DNA of 64,000 bases from an uncultured Acidobacteriota bacterium (GTDB taxonomy: Bacteria; Acidobacteriota; Terriglobia; UBA7540): NCBI GenBank assembly GCA_963804995.1, contig CAWDSK010000002.1:192001-256000 (forward strand). Reading direction: 5' to 3'. Position numbers and translations under genes: made by a program. Shown here in pieces: positions 30,515-39,236 of this stretch. Numbering within the stretch: the first letter of the stretch is position 1; the number at the start of each line of letters is the position of its first letter. The notes under the pieces were generated by a model, which saw only the letters and a list, made by a program, of their open reading frames with translations, did not search any database and was not told the origin of the DNA.

Positions 30515-31246
30515 ATGGAAGTGTTTGACAAGGTCAATCAGCAGACACTCGACCGTCGCGATCGGCAGCTATCAATTTTGGCATTGGCGATGATTGTTAT
30601 TCTGGGAGGAGGGATGGCCCTGCTGATGTACCCCTCCGTATTCAGCAAGGCCCCCGCCGCGGGAGCGCCGCCCTCGCGCGCGCTTTTCTTTGGATTTTGC
30701 GGGATGTGTCTGCTGATGGTGGCCTATCTGGTGAACCGCCAGTTTGTGGTGCAGTCGCTGCGCAAAAAGCTTATGGAGGAGCGGGAACAGATGGCGCAGC
30801 TCCTTGAGCAATCCAGCTCCGAGCTGCTGGGCACGCTGCTGGGCTTCAGCCATTTTCAGGACCGCCTCATCATGGATTTTCGCCGCAGCACGCAGACCCA
30901 GGAGCCGCTCTCTCTGGTTCTGGTGCGGCTGAACCCCTCGAAGCATTTCGCGGACGGTCCGCAATCCCGAGTGGCTCTTGGCGACGCCGCCAAAGTTCTC
31001 AGCCGGAAGCTGCGCGCAGAAGACTCCTTGTATCGCCTCGCCTCGGAAGTTTTCGGTATTGTCCTGCCCAACACCGGTCACGCGATAGCCCAGCAAGCCG
31101 CTGACCGCCTGGCGGATGGCCTGGCGGACGCCTCCGGCGCCAGCAACCGCTTCACGGCGGAGATTCAAGTGGTGAACTATCCCGATGACGTCAACGCCGC
31201 TTCTGAGATGGAACATCGCGCGTCTTCGATGATCAGCAAGGGGTGA
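30515..31246 (+). CDS. Membrane-anchored degenerate GGDEF protein
   Basis: Two TM helices, then a GGDEF fold with YRLASEVF in place of RxGGDEF. Confidence 0.7.
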   Translation: MEVFDKVNQQTLDRRDRQLSILALAMIVILGGGMALLMYPSVFSKAPAAGAPPSRALFFGFCGMCLLMVAYLVNRQFVVQSLRKKLMEEREQMAQLLEQSSSELLGTLLGFSHFQDRLIMDFRRSTQTQEPLSLVLVRLNPSKHFADGPQSRVALGDAAKVLSRKLRAEDSLYRLASEVFGIVLPNTGHAIAQQAADRLADGLADASGASNRFTAEIQVVNYPDDVNAASEMEHRASSMISKG

Positions 31247-31655
31247 ACAGCGGCAGGAAAAGTCACCCTTATTCCCCTGCACAGCACCATCACCTTTATC
31301 GCTGTTTAGCACCACTGGTGAATTCCTTGTTCATCTCCACCCCGCACTACCCCTCTTCAGCACCACGGCGGAATCGCTCGTTCTGCACCACGGCGGAATC
31401 CCCTTTTCAGCACCACCCCGTCGCTCAGCGCGCCACCCCTCCTCATCTGAGGCGGGGAGTTCTTTCCTAAAACAACTCCCCTCCTGAATCAGGAGGGGTG
31501 GCGCGCTGAGCGACGGGGTGGTTGTGATGGCCGGGGTGGTTTCCCCTGCAAGCATGCGTAGCGCGGGAAAGTCCCACGCGAAGGGGTAGCGCCCCGATGA
31601 ATCGGGGCGCCACAACGTGGTAGACTGCCCGTGTCCCCGCCTTCGGGAGGCGCCG

Positions 31656-31769
31656 ATGCGGGCCCGATTATTCCTGCTTCTCCTCGTCCTACCCCTGATT
31701 CTGACGCTGCCCATGCGGGCGCCGCAAGGCATCACGTTTCGGGAAAGGGGTGACAAGAATCCTGCTTGA
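31656..31769 (+). pseudogene. Truncated duplicate of the 5' end of the gene at 32988
   Basis: 31617-31720 aligns with 32948-33050 (-10 box, RBS, MRxRLFLL..PLILTLP). Confidence 0.6.
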
Positions 31770-31801
31770 ATAGATGTACAGACGATGTATATTGTTAAAT
31801 C

Positions 31802-32065
31802 ATGGGAAACATGGTACGGACTCAAATCTTCCTTACCGCAGAGCAACGGCGTTATCTGCGAGCGTGGTCCAAGCTGGAGAAGAAGACGGCCAGCGCCTTG
31901 ATCCGGACCGCGATCGACGAGCGCTACGTTTACCGCCCCACCCCGGCGGACTTTCGCGCCGCACTGGACGAGGCGTTTGGGTCGTGGAAGGGACGGAAAA
32001 CCTCAAGCATAGCGATGGTTCGCGCCTTGCGTCGGGGAAAACGTCTCAAGGGCCTCTCGGGCTGA
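31802..32065 (+). CDS. Ribbon-helix-helix (CopG/VapB-like) antitoxin
   Basis: MVRTQIFLTAEQ...SALIRTAIDE...AFGSWK; upstream of a PIN fragment. Confidence 0.75.
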   Translation: MGNMVRTQIFLTAEQRRYLRAWSKLEKKTASALIRTAIDERYVYRPTPADFRAALDEAFGSWKGRKTSSIAMVRALRRGKRLKGLSG

Positions 32066-32262
32066 AAATCATCAGAATTCCCCTATCCGAGGAAATTGCC
32101 GTCGCCGCCGGAGATATGCTGAGAACCTATCGGCGAAGTCACGGGACTGAACTTGGCGATGCCTTGATTGCCGCGACCGCCGTCGAACTCGGCGCCACCC
32201 TCGTCACCCGCAACGTCAAGCATTACCCCATGCCCGCGGTTGCGGTGCTCCGACCGTATTGA
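32062..32262 (+). pseudogene. VapC/PIN toxin, internally deleted
   Basis: Only the C-terminal half remains (DALIAATA...LVTRNVKHYPM); the N-terminal DT motif is missing after KII. Confidence 0.7.
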
Positions 32263-32507
32263 GAGCATGATTCTGACCGCCAGGCATCCTGCGGCAAGTA
32301 CGCGCTTGAAAACGTAGCGCAGGGCCCGGCCTACGGCCCCTTCGCTCTGCTCAGGGCAGGCTCTGCGGCTTTTCCACCGCGACGTGGTCTTGGCAGCGCG
32401 GGATTGATTCTGCGCCATCGGGGTGATGGTCAAGGGGAAAGGGGGTGCGCATGCGAGTCAGCGTCCGTACACCTCGCGCCGGTGCGCAATGCGGGTGATA
32501 CTGACAA

Positions 32508-32699
32508 TTACCCACGGAACCGCCCGCGTTTTACCAAGTCCGCTTTGATCTTCTCCAGCGGTATCCCCTTTTCGTGGCGGCGCGATTCGGAAATCAGCCC
32601 GTCCCAAAAATCCTCTAACACCGCGCCGTACCTTTTCAGGTTGATTTGAACGGCCACCTTGCGGCCTTTCGCATCAGTTACGAACTGGATTCCGGTCAT
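32508..32699 (-). CDS. Small antitoxin-like protein with no toxin partner
   Basis: MTGIQFVTDAKGRKVAVQI...IPLEKIKADL; AGGAG RBS. Confidence 0.6.
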   Translation of the reverse strand: MTGIQFVTDAKGRKVAVQINLKRYGAVLEDFWDGLISESRRHEKGIPLEKIKADLVKRGRFRG

Positions 32700-32987
32700 A
32701 GGCAGTGCACTCCTTGGGTCCTGTTCTCACTCTAATTTTGCCGCCTGTCTCTGTCAACCCAAAAGGATTTCACCACAGAGGTCACAGAGGTCACGGAGAT
32801 CGAGCGAAGGAAAAGCTGCGAGCAAATATAATATTTACCGCCGAGGCGCTGAGACGCAGAGAAAAGGCCTTTGGATTTCAAGACTCTGTGCCTCCGCGCC
32901 TCTGCGGTGAGTCCTGCCTGGGTTGCGGCTACGCACCGCTGCGCTAAGTGGTAGAATGCTCCCGATTCCCGCGTTCGGGAGGCGCCG

Positions 32988-33368
32988 ATGCGGCCCCGAT
33001 TATTCCTGCTTATCCTCATACCCCTGATTCTGACGCTGCCCCTGAGGGCACACCAGAAATTTGTAGCGCCGACCTTGAGAGCCTGCCCTGAGCTCGCCGA
33101 AGGGTCGGCTCTCAAGGTCAGCGCTAGGACAGCCGGAACCAGTCCCGGCCTCGACGGCAACCCGGCAAAGCCCTTTACGCGGGAGCAGGTCGAAGGCCTG
33201 GTGCGGGATGGATTGGGCGACGATTCGGGCGCAAAGCTGATCGAGCAGCGCGGGATTGATTTCGCCCCGTCTGAGGACTTTCTCCAAACCCTCAAGGCCG
33301 CAGGCGCGAGCGAGGCATTTCTTAAGGCGCTGAGCGCCGCCAAGCAAAGGGAAGGTCCACGGCCATAA
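32988..33368 (+). CDS. Secreted protein N-terminal domain, probably truncated, containing an in-frame REP
   Basis: Signal peptide; REP at 33064-33128 is translated; KPFTREQV...RGIDFAPSEDFLQTLKAAGA domain. Confidence 0.55.
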   Translation: MRPRLFLLILIPLILTLPLRAHQKFVAPTLRACPELAEGSALKVSARTAGTSPGLDGNPAKPFTREQVEGLVRDGLGDDSGAKLIEQRGIDFAPSEDFLQTLKAAGASEAFLKALSAAKQREGPRP

Positions 33369-33485
33369 AAGCGGCGACCGTGCCGGCTTGTAATATGCCG
33401 ACTTGCGGGAGTATCCTTTGGCTCGTTTCATGGTAGGCGTGCTCACCGAGATTGCTTTGACCTCCTGTTCGGGACGGAGTTGAAT

Positions 33486-34998
33486 ATGACCCCTCGTCCG
33501 TGCGAAGCCCTCCGGGAAATCCAGCTTGGAAATAAGCAGATTCAAGACTTCGACAAACCACAGGTTTTTGAATCCGATTTATACAAACAATATGGCGTCA
33601 CGATTTCACACCTTCGGCAGCACCTGCGGGATTGCAAATCGTGCATTGCGTCCACCCCTATAGCGCAGAGCCAATTAATCCAATACGACGAAGTGCAGGC
33701 AGAGGAATTCAAGAATCTACTCGAATTGCTCGATCGATTTGTGATGGTGCGATTGGAATACGAAAACCAAATTGCTAGAGACCGGGCGACCGACCTCGTT
33801 TTCGGTGATTCGGAGGACCCCCCAGAGTTCGATCGTGCTGAGGCCCTCGCGGAAGCGTACCGCACAGAATGTTTTGAGGAGACCGAGCCGTGGATTTACC
33901 TGTGGGCGGTCCAAACACACGTCGGAGCGGGGGACATGGCGCTGGGCTGGTTGGAGACCCTAACCCCGCCCAGTTTCGCTCGAGTACTGCTTTTTACCGA
34001 TCGGCTCGAAAGTGGAGGTCATCCACTTCCAAGTCGGAGATTTACTTCCACAGCTGAGGGCAACAGGCGAAATACCAGGATTGCTGCATAAAGCAAGCCC
34101 CCGTTTCGGCCCCTTCCTGGTGCGTGCGCTTCTTCTTCACCAGGCATTCTCCGGACTGCTCCCCGACCTAAGCTGGGAAGATTTGGTTCATGAGGGCGGC
34201 AAACCCATAGACAAAAATCGAGACACGTTTGGCATTAGTTGGAAGAGTGTGTGGGGCGACTATTCGCTTCTCGCGGAGCTAATTGCTGACCAACTCGTCC
34301 GTCGCGTGGACATGTCTCAGAGTATCCAGGTGAAAGCAACGCCCTTCCCCCTGGGACCCGTAAGTAAGCCAGCCATTGAGAACGAGCCGAGTATGGCTGA
34401 CTTGCTTCAGGGCCAAACCGCAATCATGGCCCACATAATGGAGTTGGGAAAGGTCGTGTCTGACATCGAGAAGAAACTCCCTGCCGAATTGACCGGCTTG
34501 AACGAGATGCCTTTGTCGGACCTTATTTCAGCCGGAGAATCCTACAAGCTCGAGTTCAAAGCAAGCCTCTGTTGGAACTACAGACAGCAGCGGGCGGACA
34601 CGGACCTCAAGAAAGAAGTTGCCGTGGCTGTGGCGGCAATGCTGAATACCCATGGTGGAACTGTGCTTATCGGGGTGGCAGACGATGGGTCAGTTTGTGG
34701 TATTGAGCAGGATTGGCCTACCCTGCACAAGAAAGACCAGGATGGGTTTGGCCAAGCATTGAGCCAGACCATCTCTAATTTTCTGGGTCCCGAGTTTGCC
34801 GACTTGATCCACATTGGGTTTCAGAGCAGCAATCAGAAGACCGTGTGTCGCATTTCCATAAGAGCCAGCACTAGAGCTGTGTACATCAAGGAAAAAGAGG
34901 AAATGGAGTTCTACATAAGACTGGGTAACACCAGTCAGAGACTAAACACCCAGAAGACCCAGGACTACATCCGATGGCATTGGGGAAGTGGGGATTGA
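33486..34998 (+). CDS. Schlafen/AlbA_2 domain protein, frameshifted near 34008
   Basis: GESYKLEFKAS, AAMLNTHGGTVLIGVADDG, FYIRLGNTS; joins ORF 33480-34091 (HLRDCKSC) after a 1-nt correction. Confidence 0.7.
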
Positions 34999-35006
34999 GG
35001 GCGGTT

Positions 35007-35558
35007 ATGAGCGACCAAATTAAGCGCGCAGTGTCGAAGGCCATCTCCACACTGATGAGGGATGATGGGACTCTTTTCGATTGTGCAATAGAGGAGGGAT
35101 TTGGCTACAACTCTAGAAAGCTGCACGAGGTATGCATAAATCATAGGCTCGCGATTTACCTCGAACAGGAAATTCTCCCAATTGTTAACGGGACCGATCA
35201 AAAATATTTCGTCGATATAGAGTTTAACAAAGAGGGAATTAATAAGAAGAAGATACTGCGATGCAACGGTCAGGAACTTGTCGTCAGGCCGGACATAATC
35301 ATTCACAATCGGAAATCCGGTGACCAGAAGGAAAACCTGCTCGTTGTGGAGTGCAAGAAAATTGGCGCGACGCGAGCGCAGATACGTAAGGATCGGGAGA
35401 GGGTGTTAGCGTTTATGCGGGACGTAAGGTACAACTACTCTCTCGGTCTCCAAGTGGTCTATGGAAAGGATGCGATTAAAGGAACTTTCTTTTACAAAGA
35501 CGGCAACCACATCATACCAGAAGAGATAGTACCAGCTAGCGACGCACTGGAACCGTGA
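35007..35558 (+). CDS. PD-(D/E)XK nuclease-like hypothetical protein
   Basis: HRLAIYL...VDIEFNK...RPDIIIH...NLLVVECKK; visibly more AT-rich than flanking genes. Confidence 0.6.
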   Translation: MSDQIKRAVSKAISTLMRDDGTLFDCAIEEGFGYNSRKLHEVCINHRLAIYLEQEILPIVNGTDQKYFVDIEFNKEGINKKKILRCNGQELVVRPDIIIHNRKSGDQKENLLVVECKKIGATRAQIRKDRERVLAFMRDVRYNYSLGLQVVYGKDAIKGTFFYKDGNHIIPEEIVPASDALEP

Positions 35559-35742
35559 CGGCTTCAGAGGCTCCATTGTTCCGCCACCTCAGTTGCCGAG
35601 TACGGGGGGGGGCGAAGCGTTATGCATTTGCTGCGGCGCTGAGGCTGGTCCGAGCGGAAACAAATGACCAGTGCTGTTAGGCGTGTCGGGGGGACCTTCC
35701 CGATAGTGGTTGCCTGAAGTCGTTGTCCACGAGGTGGCCATA

Positions 35743-35892
35743 ATGGAAGACTTCACAGAAACAGACTGCCCATTCTGCCATGGGACGGGAAAAGTTCCTG
35801 GGGTTCCAGAGAAAAAGTGCGACTATTGCGGAGGGACGGGCAAGAGGCGAGTTGAAGAATTGCCACCGGGCAGTAACCCGTTTTCGGAATAG
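35743..35892 (+). CDS. 49-aa DnaJ-type zinc-finger miniprotein
   Basis: Two CxxCxGxG motifs (CPFCHGTG, CDYCGGTG); GAGGT RBS. Confidence 0.65.
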   Translation: MEDFTETDCPFCHGTGKVPGVPEKKCDYCGGTGKRRVEELPPGSNPFSE

Positions 35893-35940
35893 CGGGTAGG
35901 CACTGTCAGTGTTCTTATGAATGTGGGCTTTTCCTTCGAT

Positions 35941-36089
35941 GACGAACCCACGGTCAATTCCCAACACGAATTGGCCGTGGCCACCTCCGGGTCACACAAC
36001 CTCAGGCGCCGTTCGAATGGGTGAATGCAATCAAGAGATGTAGGGGTAGGGCTTGTCCTACCCGGCGTTCCGCAGGGTGAATGCGGAAC
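35941..36089 (+). repeat. Composite REP-containing direct repeat, copy 1
   Basis: Aligns with 37257-37426 and 38240-38409. Confidence 0.9.
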
Positions 36090-36209
36090 CAGCGGGCGGT
36101 CCGTCGGTTGACGGATCCCCCTACGGCGAAGGGGGTTGCGGGCCTCGGGGTCAGTCTGGTAGCGCAGTGACCGCTCTTCGGCGCTGCGGCTCCTTCAGCG
36201 GGTCAGCCT

Positions 36210-36238
36210 TTGCCGTGGCGCTTGCGGTCAGTTATAAT
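36210..36238 (+). promoter_or_regulatory. Sigma70-like promoter of the TA module
   Basis: TTGCCG-N17-TATAAT. Confidence 0.6.
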
Positions 36239-36257
36239 CTTAAGCAAGGAGGGCGCG

Positions 36258-36467
36258 ATGACTCAGGTCCCGATGGATGACGCAAGGCTGAAAGCGCTTT
36301 TCAAGACGGCCCTTGTGGAAGTGCTGGAGGAACGCAAAGACCTCCTGCGCGACGCGATTGAGGAAACTCTGGAGGATATTGCCTTGGCCCGCGCCATCGA
36401 GGAAGGCCGACGCACCGGGGAGGTAAGTCGCGAGGAAGTCTTTTCCGTTCTTGAGGGCGGACATTGA
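36258..36467 (+). CDS. Antitoxin of the RelE/ParE module
   Basis: AGGAGG RBS; EDIALARAIEEG...VSREEV; overlaps the toxin start. Confidence 0.75.
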   Translation: MTQVPMDDARLKALFKTALVEVLEERKDLLRDAIEETLEDIALARAIEEGRRTGEVSREEVFSVLEGGH

Positions 36468-36730
36468 ACGTTCGCTTCCAAGCAAGCTTCGCCAAAGACC
36501 TGCGAGCGCTGAAAGACAAGGCCCTCCTGGAGCGAATTAAGGGACTGATTGCCAACGTTGAGGCCGCGCAAAGTCTGGCTGAGGTGCCGAACCTCAAGAA
36601 GCTGCGGGGTGGTGGCGGGTACTATCGCGTCAGAATAGGTGATTACCGGGTCGGATTGGCTACGGAAGAGGGAGTGATCGTTTTTGTAAGAGTGCTCCAT
36701 CGCCGTGAGGTTTACCGCTACTTCCCCTAG
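36464..36730 (+). CDS. RelE/ParE family toxin
   Basis: SFAKDLRAL, KKLRG, YYRVRIGDYRVG, RVLHRREVYRYFP. Confidence 0.9.
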   Translation: MNVRFQASFAKDLRALKDKALLERIKGLIANVEAAQSLAEVPNLKKLRGGGGYYRVRIGDYRVGLATEEGVIVFVRVLHRREVYRYFP

Positions 36731-36741
36731 AGCGGTGAGGA

Positions 36742-36921
36742 ATGAAAGACTACTACGTTGCTCACGCTGGCCGTTATACGAAGTTCTGGCTGGCGCCTGT
36801 TGCACTCGCGGACAACCGAGGTTTCCGCGGCCACGAATTGACCGAAATCCGCCGGATCGTCGCGGAGAATGAAAAGTTCTTCCTGGAGAAGTGGCATGAG
36901 TACTTTGGTCGAGAGAGCTGA
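36742..36921 (+). pseudogene. DUF4160-like protein, N-terminally truncated
   Basis: Manual translation MKDYYVAHAGRYTKFWLAPV...FLEKWHEYFG; overlaps the DUF2442-like start. Confidence 0.65.
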
Positions 36922-37231
36922 GGCGCTCGCCGTAAATGTGTCGTGTACCGACGACGATCTGAGCGTGGTCCTGTCCGACGGTCGGACGGTGGCGGTTCCC
37001 CTTGCCTGGTTCCCGCGGCTCGTGGGGGCGTCGGCAAAGCAAAGAGCCGACTGGGAACTCATCGGCGGTGGCGTTGGTATTCACTGGGAGGCCGTCGACG
37101 AAGACATTTCGGTTGCCAGCTTGCTCCAACCGGAGAACTTCATGCGGCTGCCTGACAAGGCGCTGCGACCGACGAGCCCCGCCCCGCGCGGTGCCAGGAA
37201 GATCAAGCCTCTTCGCGCAGCTCGCGGATGA
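36896..37231 (+). CDS. DUF2442-like protein
   Basis: LSDGRTVAVPLAWFPRL, GGGVGIHWEAVDEDISV. Confidence 0.85.
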   Translation: MSTLVERAEALAVNVSCTDDDLSVVLSDGRTVAVPLAWFPRLVGASAKQRADWELIGGGVGIHWEAVDEDISVASLLQPENFMRLPDKALRPTSPAPRGARKIKPLRAARG

Positions 37232-37240
37232 CAGGCGATC
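37150..37240 (+). other. Degenerate attC-like site
   Basis: GCCTGACAAGGCGCTGCGACCGACGAGC...GCTCGCGG resembles an attC R''/L'' arm (RYYYAAC mutated); no intact GTTRRRY. Confidence 0.45.
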
Positions 37241-37256
37241 TCGCCGCGGTTTTCCA

Positions 37257-37426
37257 GACAAACCCACGGTCAATTCCCAAGGCGAATTGGCCGTGGCTAC
37301 CTCCGGGTCACACAACCTCAGGCGCCGTTCGAACGGGTGAATGCGATTACGCGACGGAGGGGTAGGGCTCCCGACTTCGTCGGGACAGGTTGCCCTACCC
37401 GGCGTTCCGCAGGGTGAATGCGGAAC
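37257..37426 (+). repeat. Composite REP-containing direct repeat, copy 2
   Basis: Aligns with copies 1 and 3; has an extra ~20-nt hairpin in the REP loop. Confidence 0.9.
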
Positions 37427-37539
37427 GAGGGGACGGCAAGCCGTCCCCCTTCGCCTTACGCATCTCGATTATCAGCCATAAGGCGTCCTCCCTGCGAAAG
37501 GCCTTGTGGACATCGGGGTGATTTGTAATCGCCTAGACC

Positions 37540-37839
37540 CTACGCACGGCTTTCAGCCGGGGCATAGCGCTTGATCGAGATGTCCCGCGCGTGCTCGCGC
37601 GTTTTCGCCACGTCGTAAGCAAGCTGCATACGGAGAAGGTGATCCATGTCGGGGCCGAACGCCTTTTCGATGCGCAGGGCCATTTCCGCCGTCAATGCCG
37701 CCTTGCCGTGCAGAAGGTCGGAGAGTGTGGCGCGGCGCACTTTCAAAATCTCCGCCGCCTTCGACACGCTGAGGCCGAGGGCTTCGATGACTTCGGTTCT
37801 AATCAAGTCGCCCGGATGGGGCGGGTTCTTCATGGGCAT
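37540..37839 (-). CDS. higA: HigA family antitoxin
   Basis: PPHPGDLI...LTAEMALRIEKAFG. Confidence 0.9.
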   Translation of the reverse strand: MPMKNPPHPGDLIRTEVIEALGLSVSKAAEILKVRRATLSDLLHGKAALTAEMALRIEKAFGPDMDHLLRMQLAYDVAKTREHARDISIKRYAPAESRA

Positions 37840-37848
37840 TTCGGCCTC

Positions 37849-38139
37849 CTAGTGGTAGTCGATCAGGTCAATATCGCTGGAGGTGTTGGTCCGTTCGTCG
37901 TAGCGGAAAATCAACCGCCAGTTTCCCGTGACCGTCAGGCTCCATAATCCTTTCAGGTCGCCTTTAAGAGGATGCAGCTTCCATCCGGGAAACCGGCCGA
38001 GTTGCTCCAGCGTCGCAGCGGTTTCGAGACCAAACAGAAGCTTGCGCAGCTTGTCGGCCATCGCGGACGGCACCCCTTTGGCGTTTCCGTCCTCATGGAG
38101 CTGCCTTAGCCCTTTGTGGCGAAAGCGGACAAGTTGCAT
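37849..38139 (-). CDS. higB: HigB (plasmid maintenance killer-type) toxin
   Basis: FRHKGLR, WKLHPLKGD, WSLTVTGNWRLIF, DYH end. Confidence 0.9.
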   Translation of the reverse strand: MQLVRFRHKGLRQLHEDGNAKGVPSAMADKLRKLLFGLETAATLEQLGRFPGWKLHPLKGDLKGLWSLTVTGNWRLIFRYDERTNTSSDIDLIDYH

Positions 38140-38162
38140 GTCATCCTTTCACCCTTCCAGTA

Positions 38163-38181
38163 TGTACGGTTATACCGTACA
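38163..38181. promoter_or_regulatory. Putative HigA operator TGTACGG-N5-CCGTACA
   Basis: Perfect palindrome upstream of higB, next to a minus-strand TTGACG. Confidence 0.6.
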
Positions 38182-38239
38182 CGTCAAGCGTTTTATGGTG
38201 GAAGCCACGGTCACTGCTTTTGTCGGTTTTTTCTTCGAT

Positions 38240-38409
38240 GACGAACCCACGGTCAATTCCCAAGACGAATTGGCCGTGGCCACCCCCAGGTCACACAACT
38301 TCAGGCGCCGATCGAACGGGTGAATGCAATCACGTGACGTAGGGGTAGGGCTCCCGACTTCGTCGGGACAGGTTGCCCTACCCGGCGTTCGGCAGGGTGA
38401 ATGCGGAAC
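38240..38409 (+). repeat. Composite REP-containing direct repeat, copy 3
   Basis: Aligns with copies 1 and 2. Confidence 0.9.
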
Positions 38410-38480
38410 CAAGGGGACGGGTCGCCGCGGCGACTCCCCCCACGGCGCAAGGCCTTGCGCTACGTTATCAGCGCAAGTTC

Positions 38481-38825
38481 TCATGCTGGCATGGTTCGAA
38501 GCGCGCCTTGGTCAACAGGGGCGTGGGCGGTAGGGGGCTTTGGCACGTAGCGCTTTACCTTGATACTTGTCTCCCGGTCGCGAGCCTTGGCAATCTCGAA
38601 GGCAGTCTGCATCCGCAGCAAGGTGTCCATCCTGACGCCAAAAGCCTTCTCCACGCGCAGCGCCATGTCCGGCGAGAGCGCGGCGCGGCCGTTGAGAAGG
38701 GCGGAGAGCGCGGGCCGGGTTACGCCAAGGACCTGGGCGGCTTTGGTAACCGAGAGACCGAGAGGCTCAATGATCTCCATCCTGATGAATTGTCCCGGAT
38801 GGGCCGGGCGTGCCATGCGCATCAT
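38481..38825 (-). CDS. higA: HigA family antitoxin (second module)
   Basis: PAHPGQFI...LSPDMALRVEKAFG. Confidence 0.9.
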   Translation of the reverse strand: MMRMARPAHPGQFIRMEIIEPLGLSVTKAAQVLGVTRPALSALLNGRAALSPDMALRVEKAFGVRMDTLLRMQTAFEIAKARDRETSIKVKRYVPKPPTAHAPVDQGALRTMPA

Positions 38826-38840
38826 GGTTTTCGTTTCCTC

Positions 38841-39131
38841 CTAATGATAGTCCTCGTAATCGAGGTCGAGAATCTCGCCTTCCGTCGGGTCGATTCTGAA
38901 CGTAATCCGCCAGTTGCGGGTGACCGTAAGACTCCAGGTTCCCTTCTGGTCGCCCGTAAGCTGATGCGCTTTCCAGCTTGGCATATCACGAAGCTCCTGG
39001 GCGTCTTCCATCTCCTGCAAGAAAGTCAGAATGTTACGGACCTTCTCCACGACAGCCGGAGCCAAGCCGGAGGGATCATTGCGCTGAATGAAGCGCCGCA
39101 GTCCCCGATGAACCACGTTCCGGATTTTCAT
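38841..39131 (-). CDS. higB: HigB toxin (second module)
   Basis: VHRGLRRF, WKAHQLTGD, WSLTVTRNWRITF, DYH end. Confidence 0.9.
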   Translation of the reverse strand: MKIRNVVHRGLRRFIQRNDPSGLAPAVVEKVRNILTFLQEMEDAQELRDMPSWKAHQLTGDQKGTWSLTVTRNWRITFRIDPTEGEILDLDYEDYH

Positions 39132-39161
39132 AAAGTTAGACTACACTAGAATGCGTAAACT

Positions 39162-39178
39162 GTAAAGCGACGCTTTAC
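39162..39178. promoter_or_regulatory. Putative operator GTAAAGCG-A-CGCTTTAC
   Basis: Perfect palindrome upstream of the second higB. Confidence 0.55.
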
Positions 39179-39236
39179 GGCAGGCAGTCAGGGTGCCGCC
39201 GCGGCGGAAGGTCCGCGCAACTTGCCAAACACTCCC

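Noticed and set aside
35941..38409. CRISPR array
   Set aside because: Repeats are about 150-170 bp with gene-sized intervals, and no cas genes are present.
33400..39200. Active integron or prophage
   Set aside because: No tyrosine integrase, no intact attC site and no phage genes are present.
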